From: Deltaproteobacteria bacterium
GTDB lineage: Bacteria > Myxococcota_A > UBA9160 > SMWR01
NCBI GenBank assembly: GCA_032128375.1
Contig: JAQBGU010000087.1
Location: forward strand, 1-50,259
Length of the DNA stretch: 50,259 nt
Reading direction: 5' to 3'
Shown here: one piece after another, positions 10,888 to 21,658 of the stretch
Position numbering within the stretch: position 1 is the stretch's first letter
Layout of the letters: the number at the start of each line of letters is the position of its first letter
Notes under the pieces: model-generated
Told to the model about the DNA's origin: nothing
Databases searched by the model: none
The model's input: the letters and a program-made list of their open reading frames with translations, nothing else
Program-made: the position numbers and the translations under genes

Positions 10888-11459
10888 TGCGGCGGGGCCG
10901 GCTCTCCGCGTTTGCGATGACGTCGGCGATCGCGTCTTTCACGTGGACACTGTGCCTGCTGGGATTCGCGGGGTGCGATGCTGAATCCAAGAGTGGAACA
11001 TCGACCGCTGGGACCGAGAATCCCGCCAGCGAGTCTCGCAAGCCAGCCCCCGCCTTCACGCTGAAGGATGTCTCGGGCAAAGCAGTCTCGCTCTCGGATT
11101 TTCGAGGCAAAACGGTCGTGATCGATTTTTGGGCGACGTGGTGCCCGCCGTGCATTTATCAGGTGCCTGAACTCAACAAACTGTGGGTCGCTCACCGCGA
11201 TCTCGGGGACGTCGCGGTGATTGGGGTCGCGGTTGATGTCGATGGCGTGGAAGTGGTCGGACCGTGGGTCGAAGAGCAGGGGGTCCAATACCCGATCGTG
11301 ATGGGGGACGAGACACTGGCCCGCGAGTTCGGTGCGCTTGGCTTTCCGACCCTGGCCATTATCGACCCGGACGGCAATATCGAGTCGCTCCACGTGGGCC
11401 TGATCGAGTTCGAAGAGCTGGAGAGCCTATTGTCAAAGGGCGCCTCGGAATCAATCTGA
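10884..11459 (+). CDS. TlpA/ResA-family thiol-disulfide oxidoreductase, probable lipoprotein
   Basis: FAGC lipobox, APAFTL, IDFWATWCPPC and GFPT. ATGA overlap with ccdA. Confidence 0.92.
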   Translation: MMRRGRLSAFAMTSAIASFTWTLCLLGFAGCDAESKSGTSTAGTENPASESRKPAPAFTLKDVSGKAVSLSDFRGKTVVIDFWATWCPPCIYQVPELNKLWVAHRDLGDVAVIGVAVDVDGVEVVGPWVEEQGVQYPIVMGDETLAREFGALGFPTLAIIDPDGNIESLHVGLIEFEELESLLSKGASESI

Positions 11460-11565
11460 GTGCTTGGCGTCGCAACTGGAAGTTCTCGGCCCTTGTGAAT
11501 TTCCCAGAGGCTCCCAAAGCTCCGACCGGGCTGTTGATCGCGCGTCTACCGTGGTTCCAAGTTCC

Positions 11566-11593
11566 TCAAGCTTTGTGTCCATCCCGACGAGAA
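11566..11593 (+). promoter_or_regulatory. Putative sigma28/FliA-like promoter
   Basis: TCAA-N16-GACGAGAA, with the same geometry as the 22587-22614 site. Confidence 0.35.
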
Positions 11594-11630
11594 ACTCCTC
11601 GGCGAAGGACCCGTCTGGGGGGACGGCGCA

Positions 11631-12263
11631 ATGGGCAGCGAAGATTCCGAACTCGGCGTTCGCAGCGCGCACCAGCGAACGCTCGAACCTGGTGAGACGG
11701 TCTTCGAGGAAGGCGATTCCGGCGACCGGCTCTACGTGATTCAAGCTGGCGAGGTCGAGCTCACTCGAACGGGCGAATCTCGACGACGCGTGGTCGCGCG
11801 GCTCGGCGCCGGGGACTTCTTTGGCGAACTCGGCGTTGTGCTCGGCAAGCCGTGCACAACGCGCGCAGTCGCAGTCAGTCGAACCCGGGTATTAGAGCTC
11901 GACCGCGAGACGCTGGAGGCGATGTGTCTGGCACAGCCTGCTATCGCGATCCGGATGATTCGCGTGCTGGTATCGCGCTTGATCGAGGCGGAGCGCCGAC
12001 TGACGGCACTGGGAGTGGATGATCTCTTGCGATCCGTCATTCGGGGGCTGCTTCGCAACGCACAGCCAGACCCCGAGCACGGCAACCGGATCCCGACCAC
12101 ATTGCGCCGGCTCGCCGAAGAGTCCGGGCTGTCGATGCTGGAGACTCACCGCGCTCTCCACCAGTTGTTCGACCGCAAGGTCATTCGTCTGGTCGAAGAT
12201 TGCATTTACGCGCCCAATCTGGACGCGATTTCGGCCAGCCTGGAATCTCGCAGCTATGATTGA
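11631..12263 (+). CDS. Crp/Fnr-family protein (cNMP-binding domain plus C-terminal wHTH-like region)
   Basis: VFEEGDSGDRLYVIQAGEV and GDFFGE motifs. The C-terminal LAEESGLS..THRALHQL resembles a helix-turn-helix. Confidence 0.85.
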   Translation: MGSEDSELGVRSAHQRTLEPGETVFEEGDSGDRLYVIQAGEVELTRTGESRRRVVARLGAGDFFGELGVVLGKPCTTRAVAVSRTRVLELDRETLEAMCLAQPAIAIRMIRVLVSRLIEAERRLTALGVDDLLRSVIRGLLRNAQPDPEHGNRIPTTLRRLAEESGLSMLETHRALHQLFDRKVIRLVEDCIYAPNLDAISASLESRSYD

Positions 12264-14771
12264 TTGCGTATCCCGTTCAGCCTGTTAGCGTGCTTGCGTC
12301 CGGCTTTCGTGGGGGAACGGGTGGGTCGAAATATCCCGGCGCTAGCTGCGCTGATTTTTTGTGTGATCCTCGCGCCTGGGGCAAAGGCGCAGTTCGCCGC
12401 CGACTTTGGTGACGCTCCTTTCGAAATTTCGGCTGACACGATCGACTATGAGCGCGAGCGCGACGTCTACGTTGCGCGTGGCAACGTCCAGTTGGTCCAG
12501 GGGAAACAGTCGCTCAGCGCCGATTGGGTGAGCTTCAGCCGCACCGGCGGCCGGGGGGTCGCCAGCGGTCGGGTGGTGTTTTCGGACGGTGCCGAAACCA
12601 TCTATGCGAACTTCGTCGAGTTCAACCTCGATACCCTGCAGGGCGTCATGTTCCTGGCTTCCTTCGACGCCGCGACAAAGCAGTTCAAGATGGACGGCGA
12701 TGAGGTCGTCAAGACCGGCGACCGGAGCTACACTTTTGAGGGTGGCGCGTTTACGACCTGTCGTTGTCCCGACGACGACAAAGAACCTTGGCAGATCCGA
12801 GCCCAGTCGGCCAAGCTCAATCTGGACGGCTACGCGGTCGCTCGCAATACGACGGTCAATATTCTCGGTGTGCCGGTCTTGTGGCTGCCGTGGATGGCGT
12901 ATCCGCTCCGCACGGACCGCGAGACCGGTTTCCTGTTTCCGGAATTCTCGTTCTTCAGCCGCGATGGTATTCGTTTAGGGGCGCCTTTTTTCTGGGCCGC
13001 CGCACCCAATCTGAACGTCACACTCACTCCGAGATGGTTGGAGAAGCGAGGCTTCAAGGGCGAGGTCGGCATGGAGTATCTGCTCGGTGAGCGCTCGGGC
13101 GGATCGCTCTACGGGGCGTACATCAACGACGACTCAATCGACCCCGATTCCCGCGACGACCCGTTCGGTGCAGACCGCTGGGTCGCACGGGGTCGGCAGG
13201 ATATTCACCTGCCGTATGAGTGGCGAGCGAAATCGGACTTTGCGTTCATTTCAGACAACCGGTATCTGGCGGATTTTGACGAACTCTCAGGCAGTAGACA
13301 CAACCGCTACCTCGAATCGACCGCGTTTCTGTTCAACCAATTCGGTGTCGGGGACCGTTTCGGATTCGTCCTTTCTACGCAAGTCGCCGACGACCTGCAG
13401 AGCCCCGACGACCTCGACCGCGACCCGTACCTGCTGCAGCGGTTTCCGAATCTGGAGCTGAAGGTTTTGCCTCAACCGCTGGAGTTGGGGGTTCCGATCG
13501 TCGACCGTCTCGTGCCGTCGCTCGATTTTCAATACACGTATTTCGGCCAACTCAATAATCCGGACGAAACCTTCCCGACGGGCGGCGGTTGCGCGAATCC
13601 CCGATTCTCGCCCGATGGCGACCTGCCGTTCTATGACATCGGCATCGATGCACTGCCCGATGGGCAGGAGGGCGGACGCGGAAACTGCGGAACCGTAGAC
13701 TTTCACCGCGACAATTTTATCGGGTTTGGCGGTTTCGAAGGAGACCGGAAGTTCCAAGAGGGAGAGCCCATCGCGGACCGGGGAAACCGGATGTTGGTGA
13801 CACCTCGACTTGCCGTCCCATTTCGAATTGGCAATTACGTTGAGGTGTATCCAGAAGTCGGTTATCGCCAGGCGCTGTACAATACGCGAGAATTTCAGAC
13901 GAGGGGCTGGGGTAGCATCACCGCGCGGGCCGATGCGCGCACGCGGTTGAAGCGGAGCTACGGAACCGACGTAGCCCACCTGCTGGAACCCCATCTCGGC
14001 TACGCGCTGGTCGCCCGCTCCGACATCGACGACCAGCCTCTGCTCGCGCCGAATACACGTGTTCCGCAACACCTCATTCGCCAACTGTCGCTGGAGAACA
14101 TCACCCGCGACAGCTCCGATCGCCCGCGAGAGTTCAATGGCTTCACGATCGGAGTCGGGAATCGCTTTTACCGCCGAGGCAACGGGAGCCGGCCCGCGAA
14201 AATGCTCGCGGATTTCGACGTCGGCTTCTTGTTTGACTTTGCCAACAATGGACGCATTGGGGCCCTTGCGATCGATGGCCGCGCATTTCCGGTACCCAGT
14301 ACCGCGCTGAAGGTCGGCTTTGAACTGAACCCGGATGGATTCGTCGTCGACGAACTGCTCACTGAGGGATCCTGGGTTGGTGAGAAGCTCGGTGCCACTC
14401 TCCGATACCGCTACCTCAATCGCATTCCACAGTTTTTCGAGAACTTCCAACAGGACCCAGACCGCTTCGACGACTTCAAGGACATCAACCATGTCAACCA
14501 GGCCGACCTGAGTCTGCGCTACCAATTCACGCGGAGCTGGTCGGTCCGCCACCGGATCGCCTATTCGTTCGAGGGTTCGTTCGTGCTGGCGCACAGTGCG
14601 GCGGTCGAATATCTGAGCAAGTGCGACTGCTGGGCGGCTGGAATCGAGGTTCGACAGAACCGGCAGTTGGGGTTCGAATTCGCTCTCCTGTACCGGGTCG
14701 TCGGGCTTGGCAATGACTCCCCCGCTGGTGCGATGGGATTGGGCGATATCGGCTTTGCTGAGGGCTTTTAG
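12264..14771 (+). CDS. lptD: LPS-assembly protein LptD
   Basis: ISADTIDY OstA-like N-domain, FTTCRC, PWQIRA, VPVLWLPW..P...RETGFLFP and C-terminal YLSKCDCWA. The true start may be further downstream. Confidence 0.9.
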   Translation: MRIPFSLLACLRPAFVGERVGRNIPALAALIFCVILAPGAKAQFAADFGDAPFEISADTIDYERERDVYVARGNVQLVQGKQSLSADWVSFSRTGGRGVASGRVVFSDGAETIYANFVEFNLDTLQGVMFLASFDAATKQFKMDGDEVVKTGDRSYTFEGGAFTTCRCPDDDKEPWQIRAQSAKLNLDGYAVARNTTVNILGVPVLWLPWMAYPLRTDRETGFLFPEFSFFSRDGIRLGAPFFWAAAPNLNVTLTPRWLEKRGFKGEVGMEYLLGERSGGSLYGAYINDDSIDPDSRDDPFGADRWVARGRQDIHLPYEWRAKSDFAFISDNRYLADFDELSGSRHNRYLESTAFLFNQFGVGDRFGFVLSTQVADDLQSPDDLDRDPYLLQRFPNLELKVLPQPLELGVPIVDRLVPSLDFQYTYFGQLNNPDETFPTGGGCANPRFSPDGDLPFYDIGIDALPDGQEGGRGNCGTVDFHRDNFIGFGGFEGDRKFQEGEPIADRGNRMLVTPRLAVPFRIGNYVEVYPEVGYRQALYNTREFQTRGWGSITARADARTRLKRSYGTDVAHLLEPHLGYALVARSDIDDQPLLAPNTRVPQHLIRQLSLENITRDSSDRPREFNGFTIGVGNRFYRRGNGSRPAKMLADFDVGFLFDFANNGRIGALAIDGRAFPVPSTALKVGFELNPDGFVVDELLTEGSWVGEKLGATLRYRYLNRIPQFFENFQQDPDRFDDFKDINHVNQADLSLRYQFTRSWSVRHRIAYSFEGSFVLAHSAAVEYLSKCDCWAAGIEVRQNRQLGFEFALLYRVVGLGNDSPAGAMGLGDIGFAEGF

Positions 14772-14903
14772 GCAGTTTGATAACGAGCTGTTTTTGTTAC
14801 ACTTTCCATTCGGCTGTTCGAACTCTCCCCACGCGCCATTCGCTCTTCGTGCCAAGCGCACCAGATCGCTCGCTTCGCGCGAGACCACCACCGAGAGGCC
14901 AAG

Positions 14904-16397
14904 GTGTACCGCTCCACACAGACTGCGTTCGAGCAACTCGCTAACCGCGGACGCTTGATCCCCGTCGTGCGCGAGATTCGCGCGGACATGGACACAGCCT
15001 TGTCGCTCTTCAAGCGTTTGGACGACGGCGTGACCAGTTTTCTGCTCGAGTCGGTTGTCGGAACCGAGAAGTGGGCAAGACACAGCCTGATTGGGACGGG
15101 CGCCAGGGCGATCTTTCGCGCGCGCGGACACGATGTCGAGTGGACCGAGGCCGGCGAGACACGGCGGATGCGGGTCGAAGGCGACCCGCTCGAGTACTTG
15201 CGCGACAGGATCTCGGACATGGCCGCGGTTGTACCGGACGAAGTCGGAACGCTGCTACCGCCGTTTATCGGCGGCGCGGTTGGCTTTGTCGGTTATGACT
15301 GGGTGCGCTTCGTCGAGCAAATTCCCGATTCGAACCCCGACCCGATCGGATTGCCCGACCTGTGGTTCGTGTTTCCCGAAACCGTCGTGATTCACGACAA
15401 CGCCAGCCACACCGCATTCGTGGTGCGCCACAACGAAGTGCGGCCAGGCGACGATCGAGGCGAGGCCTACCGGCGGGCTCTCGAGGGTGTCGATGCCGTC
15501 GTGCGGAAGCTGCGCGAGCCGCTTTCGGTGCAAAGTGAAGCAGAACCCGTACGCGAGCCGATGAATGTGGCACGCAGCGCAACACGTGAGGAGTACCACG
15601 GGATCGTGAAGCGCGCGAAGGAGTACATCGAAGCGGGCGACATCTTCCAGGTGGTTCTGTCGCAGCAGTTTCGCGTTCCGCTGCAGGTCGACCCATTCAC
15701 GATTTATCGGCAGCTGAGATCGATCAACCCGAGCCCGTACCTGTTCTACATGCATTGTGAGGGACCGGTGATCATCGGCTCATCGCCGGAAGCGCTGGTG
15801 AGGTTGGTCGACGGCGCGATCGACGTGCGACCCATCGCCGGTACGCGCAAGCGTGGCGACACCCCCGAAGCAGATGAAACAATCGAGAAGGGGCTGCTCG
15901 AAGACGAAAAGGAATGCGCCGAGCACCTGATGTTGGTGGACCTCGGACGCAACGACGTCGGACGGGTCGCCGAGGTGGGAAGTGTGCGGGTCAGCGAGTT
16001 CATGAAGATCGAGCGCTATTCGCACCTGATGCACATCGTGTCGAATGTGCAGGGCAAGCTGCGCGAAGGGCTCGACTGGCTAGACCTGCTGCGCGCCACG
16101 TTCCCCGCTGGAACGCTCTCGGGCGCGCCGAAAGTGCGGGCGATGGAGATCATCGACGAACTCGAAAACATGCGCCGTGGCATCTACGGCGGCTGCGTGG
16201 GATACATCGACTATTCGGGGAACATCGACACGGCCATCGCGATTCGCACGATGCTGATCCAGGATGGAGAGATTTTCATGCGGACCGGCGCGGGAATCGT
16301 CGCCGACTCAGACCCTGACTATGAGTTCGAAGAGACGGTGACGAAGGTTCGCGCGCTGGTCACCGCGATCGATATGGCCCGCGAGGGGATCGACTGA
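14904..16397 (+). CDS. trpE: Anthranilate synthase component I
   Basis: [59 protein letters not shown] and GAGIVADS motifs. Confidence 0.96.
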   Translation: MYRSTQTAFEQLANRGRLIPVVREIRADMDTALSLFKRLDDGVTSFLLESVVGTEKWARHSLIGTGARAIFRARGHDVEWTEAGETRRMRVEGDPLEYLRDRISDMAAVVPDEVGTLLPPFIGGAVGFVGYDWVRFVEQIPDSNPDPIGLPDLWFVFPETVVIHDNASHTAFVVRHNEVRPGDDRGEAYRRALEGVDAVVRKLREPLSVQSEAEPVREPMNVARSATREEYHGIVKRAKEYIEAGDIFQVVLSQQFRVPLQVDPFTIYRQLRSINPSPYLFYMHCEGPVIIGSSPEALVRLVDGAIDVRPIAGTRKRGDTPEADETIEKGLLEDEKECAEHLMLVDLGRNDVGRVAEVGSVRVSEFMKIERYSHLMHIVSNVQGKLREGLDWLDLLRATFPAGTLSGAPKVRAMEIIDELENMRRGIYGGCVGYIDYSGNIDTAIAIRTMLIQDGEIFMRTGAGIVADSDPDYEFEETVTKVRALVTAIDMAREGID

Positions 16398-16402
16398 AGG
16401 CC

Positions 16403-16993
16403 ATGCAGTTGTTGGTGCTCGATAACTACGATTCGTTCACGTTCAACCTGGTGCAATACCTCGGCGAGCTGGGTGCAAAGACGAAGGTCGTCCGCAACGA
16501 TGTCATGACCGTCGACGAACTGCTCGATCCCGAGCCGGACGCTGTCGTGATCTCACCCGGACCGGGCGAGCCGAAAGCGGCGGGCGTGTCGATTGGTCTG
16601 GTACACGCGTGTGCTTCGCGTCGGATCCCGCTATTGGGCGTGTGTCTGGGGCATCAATCCATCGGTGTGGCGTTTGGTGGGTCGATCGTTCGCGCACGAT
16701 CGATCATGCACGGCAAGGTATCTGCGATAGAGCACGACGGTCTCGGCGTGTTCAAAGGGCTGGCATCGCCGTTCGACGCCACTCGCTACCATTCATTGGT
16801 AATCGACCGTGATTCGTGCCCGGCAGAACTCTCGGTGACAGCCCGGACGGCCGATGGCGAGATCATGGGTGTGAGACACAGGGAACTCCCGATCGAGGGC
16901 GTGCAATTCCATCCGGAGTCGATCCTGACTCTGTCGGGTAAGCCGCTGCTCAAGGGCTTTCTCGACCTGTGTGAACGCAGGTCGGCACCGTGA
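16403..16993 (+). CDS. trpG: Anthranilate synthase component II (glutamine amidotransferase)
   Basis: DNYDSFT, ISPGPG, GVCLGHQ, RYHSL and GVQFHPES motifs; position in the trp operon. Confidence 0.95.
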   Translation: MQLLVLDNYDSFTFNLVQYLGELGAKTKVVRNDVMTVDELLDPEPDAVVISPGPGEPKAAGVSIGLVHACASRRIPLLGVCLGHQSIGVAFGGSIVRARSIMHGKVSAIEHDGLGVFKGLASPFDATRYHSLVIDRDSCPAELSVTARTADGEIMGVRHRELPIEGVQFHPESILTLSGKPLLKGFLDLCERRSAP

Positions 16994-18039
16994 GCGTTCG
17001 CGACGCGATCGAAATCGCACTAACGGGGGGCGCGGTTCCCGAAGAACTGCTCGCGGCTGCGTTCAACGAGATCATGGATGGGAAAGCCTCACCCGTTCAG
17101 GTCGCGGGATTGTTGGTGGCGCTGCGCGCGAAGGGGGAGACAGTCGGCGAGATCGTGGCCGCAGCGCGTGCGCTGCGCGCGCGCGCGATCACAGTCAAGG
17201 GCGTCGACCCGATGGCGATCGACACTTGTGGGACCGGTGGGGATGGGGCGAACACGTTCAATATCTCTACTGCGGCTGCGTTCGTCGTCGCCGGGGCCGG
17301 TGTGCCGGTGGCAAAGCACGGCAACCGGGCGGCCACCAGCCAGACGGGCAGCATCGACGTATTCGAAGAACTGGGGGTTGCCGTGGATTTACCGGTCGAA
17401 TGCAGTGCGCGGATCTTGCGCGACGTAGGCATCGCGCCGTTCTTTGCGCGGCTTGCGCACCCGGCAATGAAGTTCGTTGCCGCGGTTCGTGCGGATCTCG
17501 GTGTGCGCACGTTGATGAACTGCCTGGGGCCATTGTTGAATCCGATGGGAGTTCGTCTGCAGCTGGTGGGTGTCTACTCGCGAGCCTTGGTCGAGCCGTT
17601 GGCCGAAGCGCTCGGAGAACTCGGCGCGCAGCGCGCACTGGTCGTTCACGGCTCTGACGGGATGGACGAAATCACGACGTGCGGTAAGACCGACGCGGCA
17701 TTCGTCACCGACGCGCACGTGAAGCCGATGTCGATTGATCCCCGCGAGTTCGGCCTGCCGTCGCCACTGCCCGGTGCGCTGCGCGGGGGCGATGCGAAGG
17801 AGAACGCGCAGATCATTCTCAGCCTGCTCGCTGGTGAGAGCGGGGCACGACGCGACATCGTGCTGCTCAACTCGGCTGGCGCGCTGTGGGTGGCCGGCGC
17901 TGCACAGTGTCTCGAAGAGGGTATCGAGCTGGCTCGTAACAGCATCGATTCCGGTGCAGCCAGAAACCGACTCGATCGATTGGTCGAAGAATCGAGCAAG
18001 GCTCGCGGTCGCATTGCCGATACAGGAAATAGCGCGTGA
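16990..18039 (+). CDS. trpD: Anthranilate phosphoribosyltransferase
   Basis: [29 protein letters not shown] and DGMDE motifs. Confidence 0.96.
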   Translation: MSVRDAIEIALTGGAVPEELLAAAFNEIMDGKASPVQVAGLLVALRAKGETVGEIVAAARALRARAITVKGVDPMAIDTCGTGGDGANTFNISTAAAFVVAGAGVPVAKHGNRAATSQTGSIDVFEELGVAVDLPVECSARILRDVGIAPFFARLAHPAMKFVAAVRADLGVRTLMNCLGPLLNPMGVRLQLVGVYSRALVEPLAEALGELGAQRALVVHGSDGMDEITTCGKTDAAFVTDAHVKPMSIDPREFGLPSPLPGALRGGDAKENAQIILSLLAGESGARRDIVLLNSAGALWVAGAAQCLEEGIELARNSIDSGAARNRLDRLVEESSKARGRIADTGNSA

Positions 18040-18833
18040 CGATCCTCGATGACATTCTGGCGCGCAAGCGCGGGGAGGTAGACGAGGCCAAGCGCCTGCT
18101 CAGCGCGGTCGATCTGGCTCAGCTGGCGGAAAGCTGCTCGGAACCGATTCGTGGCTTTCGCCGGGCGCTCGCCGAAGGGGACAGACCGCGTGTGATTGCC
18201 GAGATCAAGCGTCGATCGCCGAGCAAAGGCGAGATGCGTGCCGATTTCGATCCGGTGATCTGCGCGAAGGCATACGAGGAGGCGGGAGCTGCCGCGATCT
18301 CGGTGCTGACCGACGCTCACTATTTTGGCGGCGATCTCGGCTATCTGGAGTTGGTCCGCGCAACCGTATCGCTGCCGATTCTGCGCAAGGAGTTCATCGT
18401 CGACGCCTATCAGATCGACGAGGCGCGCTGGCGTGGTGCAGATGCAGTGCTGTTGATTGTCAGTGCATTTCCCGGCGACGATGGAGCCGCGGTTCTCTCC
18501 CAGCTTCGGCAGCGTGCGACTGAGCTTGGTCTCGATACGCTGATCGAGGTCACCAACGAAGCGGAACTCGACACCGCGCTCGAGTGTGGGGCCGAATTAC
18601 TCGGGATCAACAATCGCGACCTTCGAACCTTCGAAGTAGACCTCGCGGTCAGCGAAAGGCTATCTGCTCGCGTGCCCGCTTCGGTGTTTGTCGTGGCAGA
18701 GAGTGGAATTTCCGAGCCGAGTGATATCGCACGGCTCGAATTGGCGGGTGCTCAGGCATTCTTGGTAGGTGAAGCATTGATGAAAGAACCGGATATCGGA
18801 GCGGCGCTTCGGTGTCTACGGAGGACATCGTGA
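18036..18833 (+). CDS. trpC: Indole-3-glycerol phosphate synthase
   Basis: IAEIKRRSPSKG, AISVLTD, LRKEF, GINNRDL, AESGI and LVGEALM motifs. Confidence 0.96.
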   Translation: MTILDDILARKRGEVDEAKRLLSAVDLAQLAESCSEPIRGFRRALAEGDRPRVIAEIKRRSPSKGEMRADFDPVICAKAYEEAGAAAISVLTDAHYFGGDLGYLELVRATVSLPILRKEFIVDAYQIDEARWRGADAVLLIVSAFPGDDGAAVLSQLRQRATELGLDTLIEVTNEAELDTALECGAELLGINNRDLRTFEVDLAVSERLSARVPASVFVVAESGISEPSDIARLELAGAQAFLVGEALMKEPDIGAALRCLRRTS

Positions 18834-19456
18834 CTGGAAGTATTCGGATCAAGATCTGCGGGATTACCCATCCCGATGACGCGCAGGCGGCAATCGACGC
18901 GGGCGCGGATCTGATCGGACTGAATTTTGTTCCCGGCTCGAGGCGGGAATTGGATCTGAAAACCGCGGAATCCATCGCAGAACGGGTGGGGAACCAGGCC
19001 GAACGGGTTGCGGTATTTCAGGATGCCGAGGATGCGGAGATCACCCGAGTCTTGCGTCGTATCGAACTGGAGCGGGTGCAATTTCACGGAGACGAGACCG
19101 AGGAACAAGTCGAGGCGGTCGATCTTCCAGTCATCAAGGCGTTGCGCGGCGCGGACCTCGAAGCAGCCGAAGAGTTTCCCGCGACAATGCTGCTGCTCGA
19201 TCACCCAAGCGAAGGGGGCGGCAGCGGCGTAGCTTGGGATTGGAGTGATGCCGGCGCGCTGATCGAGCGGGGCTTCGATGTGATCATCGCGGGGGGGCTG
19301 AACCCCGAGAATGTTGGCGAAGCCATCGGTGGCGTCGGGGACATATTTCCGTGGGGTGTCGACGTTAACTCGGGGGTCGAAGTCGACGGCACGCGGAAGT
19401 CGGCACAGTTGATCGCAGCATTCATCGCGGCGGTGCGCAGGGCCGAAGAAGAGTAG
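18830..19456 (+). CDS. trpF: Phosphoribosylanthranilate isomerase
   Basis: IKICGIT, VQFHGDE, GGSG, AGGLNPENV and GVDVNSGVE motifs. GTGA overlap with trpC. Confidence 0.95.
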   Translation: MTGSIRIKICGITHPDDAQAAIDAGADLIGLNFVPGSRRELDLKTAESIAERVGNQAERVAVFQDAEDAEITRVLRRIELERVQFHGDETEEQVEAVDLPVIKALRGADLEAAEEFPATMLLLDHPSEGGGSGVAWDWSDAGALIERGFDVIIAGGLNPENVGEAIGGVGDIFPWGVDVNSGVEVDGTRKSAQLIAAFIAAVRRAEEE

Positions 19457-19530
19457 GACGACTCTGATCGCAGGCGGAACCGAGATGGGCCAGGCGACGA
19501 CCTGGAAGTTTGGAAAGCGGCGACGCGCGA

Positions 19531-20154
19531 CTATTCCGATTCCGTGAGCCGGGCGAATATTTCGCGAACTTGGCGCTCGGTTTCGGCCGGGTCGCCCGAG
19601 TTGTCCACGATCACGTCGGCCATCGCCTTCTTGTGTTCAATCGGCAGTTGTGAACCGATGCGCCGCAGCGCTTCGTCGCGATCGCAAGCATCGCGACTCA
19701 TCTGTCGCTCGATCTGAGCCGCCTCCGGCGCGTATACCAGAATCGTCACATCGAACGGGAGCGCCGACGCACCACCGCTGCTGGCCTTGCGTCCTTCGAA
19801 TAGCAGTGGGATGTCGAGCACGATCAACACGGCGCCATCACTCTGCGCTTGCGCCATCCGCTCGGCCATCGCGATGCCCACGCCGGGATGCACGATCTTG
19901 CCGAGCCGGAGACGGGCATTGGCATCGCGGAACACGATCGCTCCCAGCGCGGCCCGGTCGAGCGCGCCCTCCGAATCGATCACCGCTGCACCAAATTCGG
20001 CTGCGATCTCGTCCAGCATCGGCGCCCCCGGTGCCTGGAGTTCGTGCACGATGGCATCGGCATCGACCACCACCGCACCGAGCTTCTCGAACAGCCGGGA
20101 TACCGTGCTCTTTCCCGTTCCGATTCCCCCCGAGAGTCCAATCACCTTGGTCAT
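19531..20154 (-). CDS. coaE: Dephospho-CoA kinase
   Basis: IGLSGGIGTGKST P-loop, DAD, LDRAALG, IVHP, DIPLLFE and DNSG motifs. Start at ATG 20154. Confidence 0.96.
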   Translation of the reverse strand: MTKVIGLSGGIGTGKSTVSRLFEKLGAVVVDADAIVHELQAPGAPMLDEIAAEFGAAVIDSEGALDRAALGAIVFRDANARLRLGKIVHPGVGIAMAERMAQAQSDGAVLIVLDIPLLFEGRKASSGGASALPFDVTILVYAPEAAQIERQMSRDACDRDEALRRIGSQLPIEHKKAMADVIVDNSGDPAETERQVREIFARLTESE

Positions 20155-20223
20155 GTCCGGAAGATCGCACGCCCGCCCGAGCGCCGCACGCGAGGGTCGC
20201 AACGGGCCGAACCGACGTGGGGT

Positions 20224-21393
20224 CTAGCGCCGTGCCTTCTTTCTGCGTCTCGCAAGGTGCTGAATCAACGCGACAGTGAGGAGTCCCGCGGCATGAGCGC
20301 GGGGCTCGGGGACTGTTACGTGGACCGAGTTGACATCGAGCTGTGCGATCATGTCGGCCCGCAATTGCGTGAGCCCGGAACTCGAGCGCGACACTGTCTC
20401 GTGGGTCACCGCTACGTAGGCGCCGAGCGATTGACTCTGGACATCGTACTCGATCAAGCAAGCGCCCTCGGCCGAGCAGTCGTTGCCCGGCAGAACAACC
20501 GGGTCGGGTTCCTTGGCGTCGACGCAACCCAGCGAGACGTACGGGAAGTGACCCGTCAGCGGATCGGGATTGAAGGAAACCGGTCCGATGAGAGTATCGA
20601 GGAACAGGTCGACTCCCACATCCGCTGTGTCGAAGCAACCGTAACCTTGGGGGTCTTCTTCGAGCTCTGACAGCAGCGGCATGTCTGCGATGACCGGGGT
20701 TGTCTCGTCGTAGTCGAGATCCGTGTACAGAGACATGACGGTGCGGCTCGGCAGCCTGGCTGCGAGGTTCGCGATGCTATCGACTACCTCGATGCCCTCG
20801 AGTACGCGTCCAAACACCGTAAAGCCCCCGTTGTTGCCGGCCGGATCGATGGCGGGGCTGTCGTTGACGTTGATGAACCACTGGCTCGAAGCTGAATGAG
20901 GGTCACCTCCTTGCTTTGCCATTGCGATGGTCCCTCGCTCATTCTTGATGCAGGGCTCGTTGCAGATTGTTGGACCGGGTTCTCTCCTGGTCAGAACGCC
21001 GTCCTCGAAGGCGAACGCGCCCGCCTGAATGATGTCCAGGTTCGGCACCCGAAAGGTGCGATGAAAGACAATGTTGTCGTAGTCGCCGGATGCGATGTAT
21101 GAGAGAAAATTCGCCACTGTCAGCGGTGCCACGCCGGGCAGCAGCCCCAGCCGGATCGCGCCCAGCGATGTTTGCATTTCGACCTCGATCACGTCGCTCA
21201 TCGCCTCGGCGGGGCAGGACGCGGGGACGCCGTCGTCTGCCTCGTCAGGGCAGATGCCGGCGACCGACGGGGACCCGATGAGCAGCAGGAAAGCTGTGGC
21301 GCAGAGTAGCCGGACTTGAATCAAACTCTGCCTCAGTTTGGTTCCCTGAGCCGTTCGCCCGGTTGCAAACACGTCCGACATTGAAGCCCTCAA
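20224..21393 (-). CDS. Exported cyclophilin-type peptidyl-prolyl isomerase with a PEP-CTERM sorting signal
   Basis: APLTVANF, FHR, IIQAG, RGTIAMA, SASSQWFIN and FTVFGRV motifs. N-terminal signal peptide and C-terminal VPEP-hydrophobic-RRRKKARR. Alternative start at ATG 21381. Confidence 0.88.
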   Translation of the reverse strand: MRASMSDVFATGRTAQGTKLRQSLIQVRLLCATAFLLLIGSPSVAGICPDEADDGVPASCPAEAMSDVIEVEMQTSLGAIRLGLLPGVAPLTVANFLSYIASGDYDNIVFHRTFRVPNLDIIQAGAFAFEDGVLTRREPGPTICNEPCIKNERGTIAMAKQGGDPHSASSQWFINVNDSPAIDPAGNNGGFTVFGRVLEGIEVVDSIANLAARLPSRTVMSLYTDLDYDETTPVIADMPLLSELEEDPQGYGCFDTADVGVDLFLDTLIGPVSFNPDPLTGHFPYVSLGCVDAKEPDPVVLPGNDCSAEGACLIEYDVQSQSLGAYVAVTHETVSRSSSGLTQLRADMIAQLDVNSVHVTVPEPRAHAAGLLTVALIQHLARRRKKARR

Positions 21394-21658
21394 CAGCTCT
21401 CCACCTCATTTTTTTTCAGCCTGGTTGCAGTCCCACTGGCCGTGCAATCGACGAGCACTCGTTCCGAATTGCACAAGCGTCCATAGTAACCCGAATCTGA
21501 ACCGCGCTAATTTTCGGTGCGGATGTGGCTATCGGAGTTTTCGTTCCTCTGCAGGGGCACGCATCGTAGATGAGGTTTCGACGCAATACGCCGGAAGGTG
21601 GCGTTCATGGACTCGCTATCTCCCGATGGCGACCGGAGCCAGCTTCTTCTTTTGGGGT

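Noticed and set aside
13287..15131. 614-aa minus-strand ORF
   Set aside because: Antisense shadow of lptD/trpE, typical of high-GC codon bias, with no motifs.
21442..21474. Inverted repeat GTGCAAT...ATTGCAC upstream of the cyclophilin as a sigma54/PrsR site
   Set aside because: No correctly spaced GG-N10-GC promoter was found. It may be an operator or hairpin, but that is unsupported.
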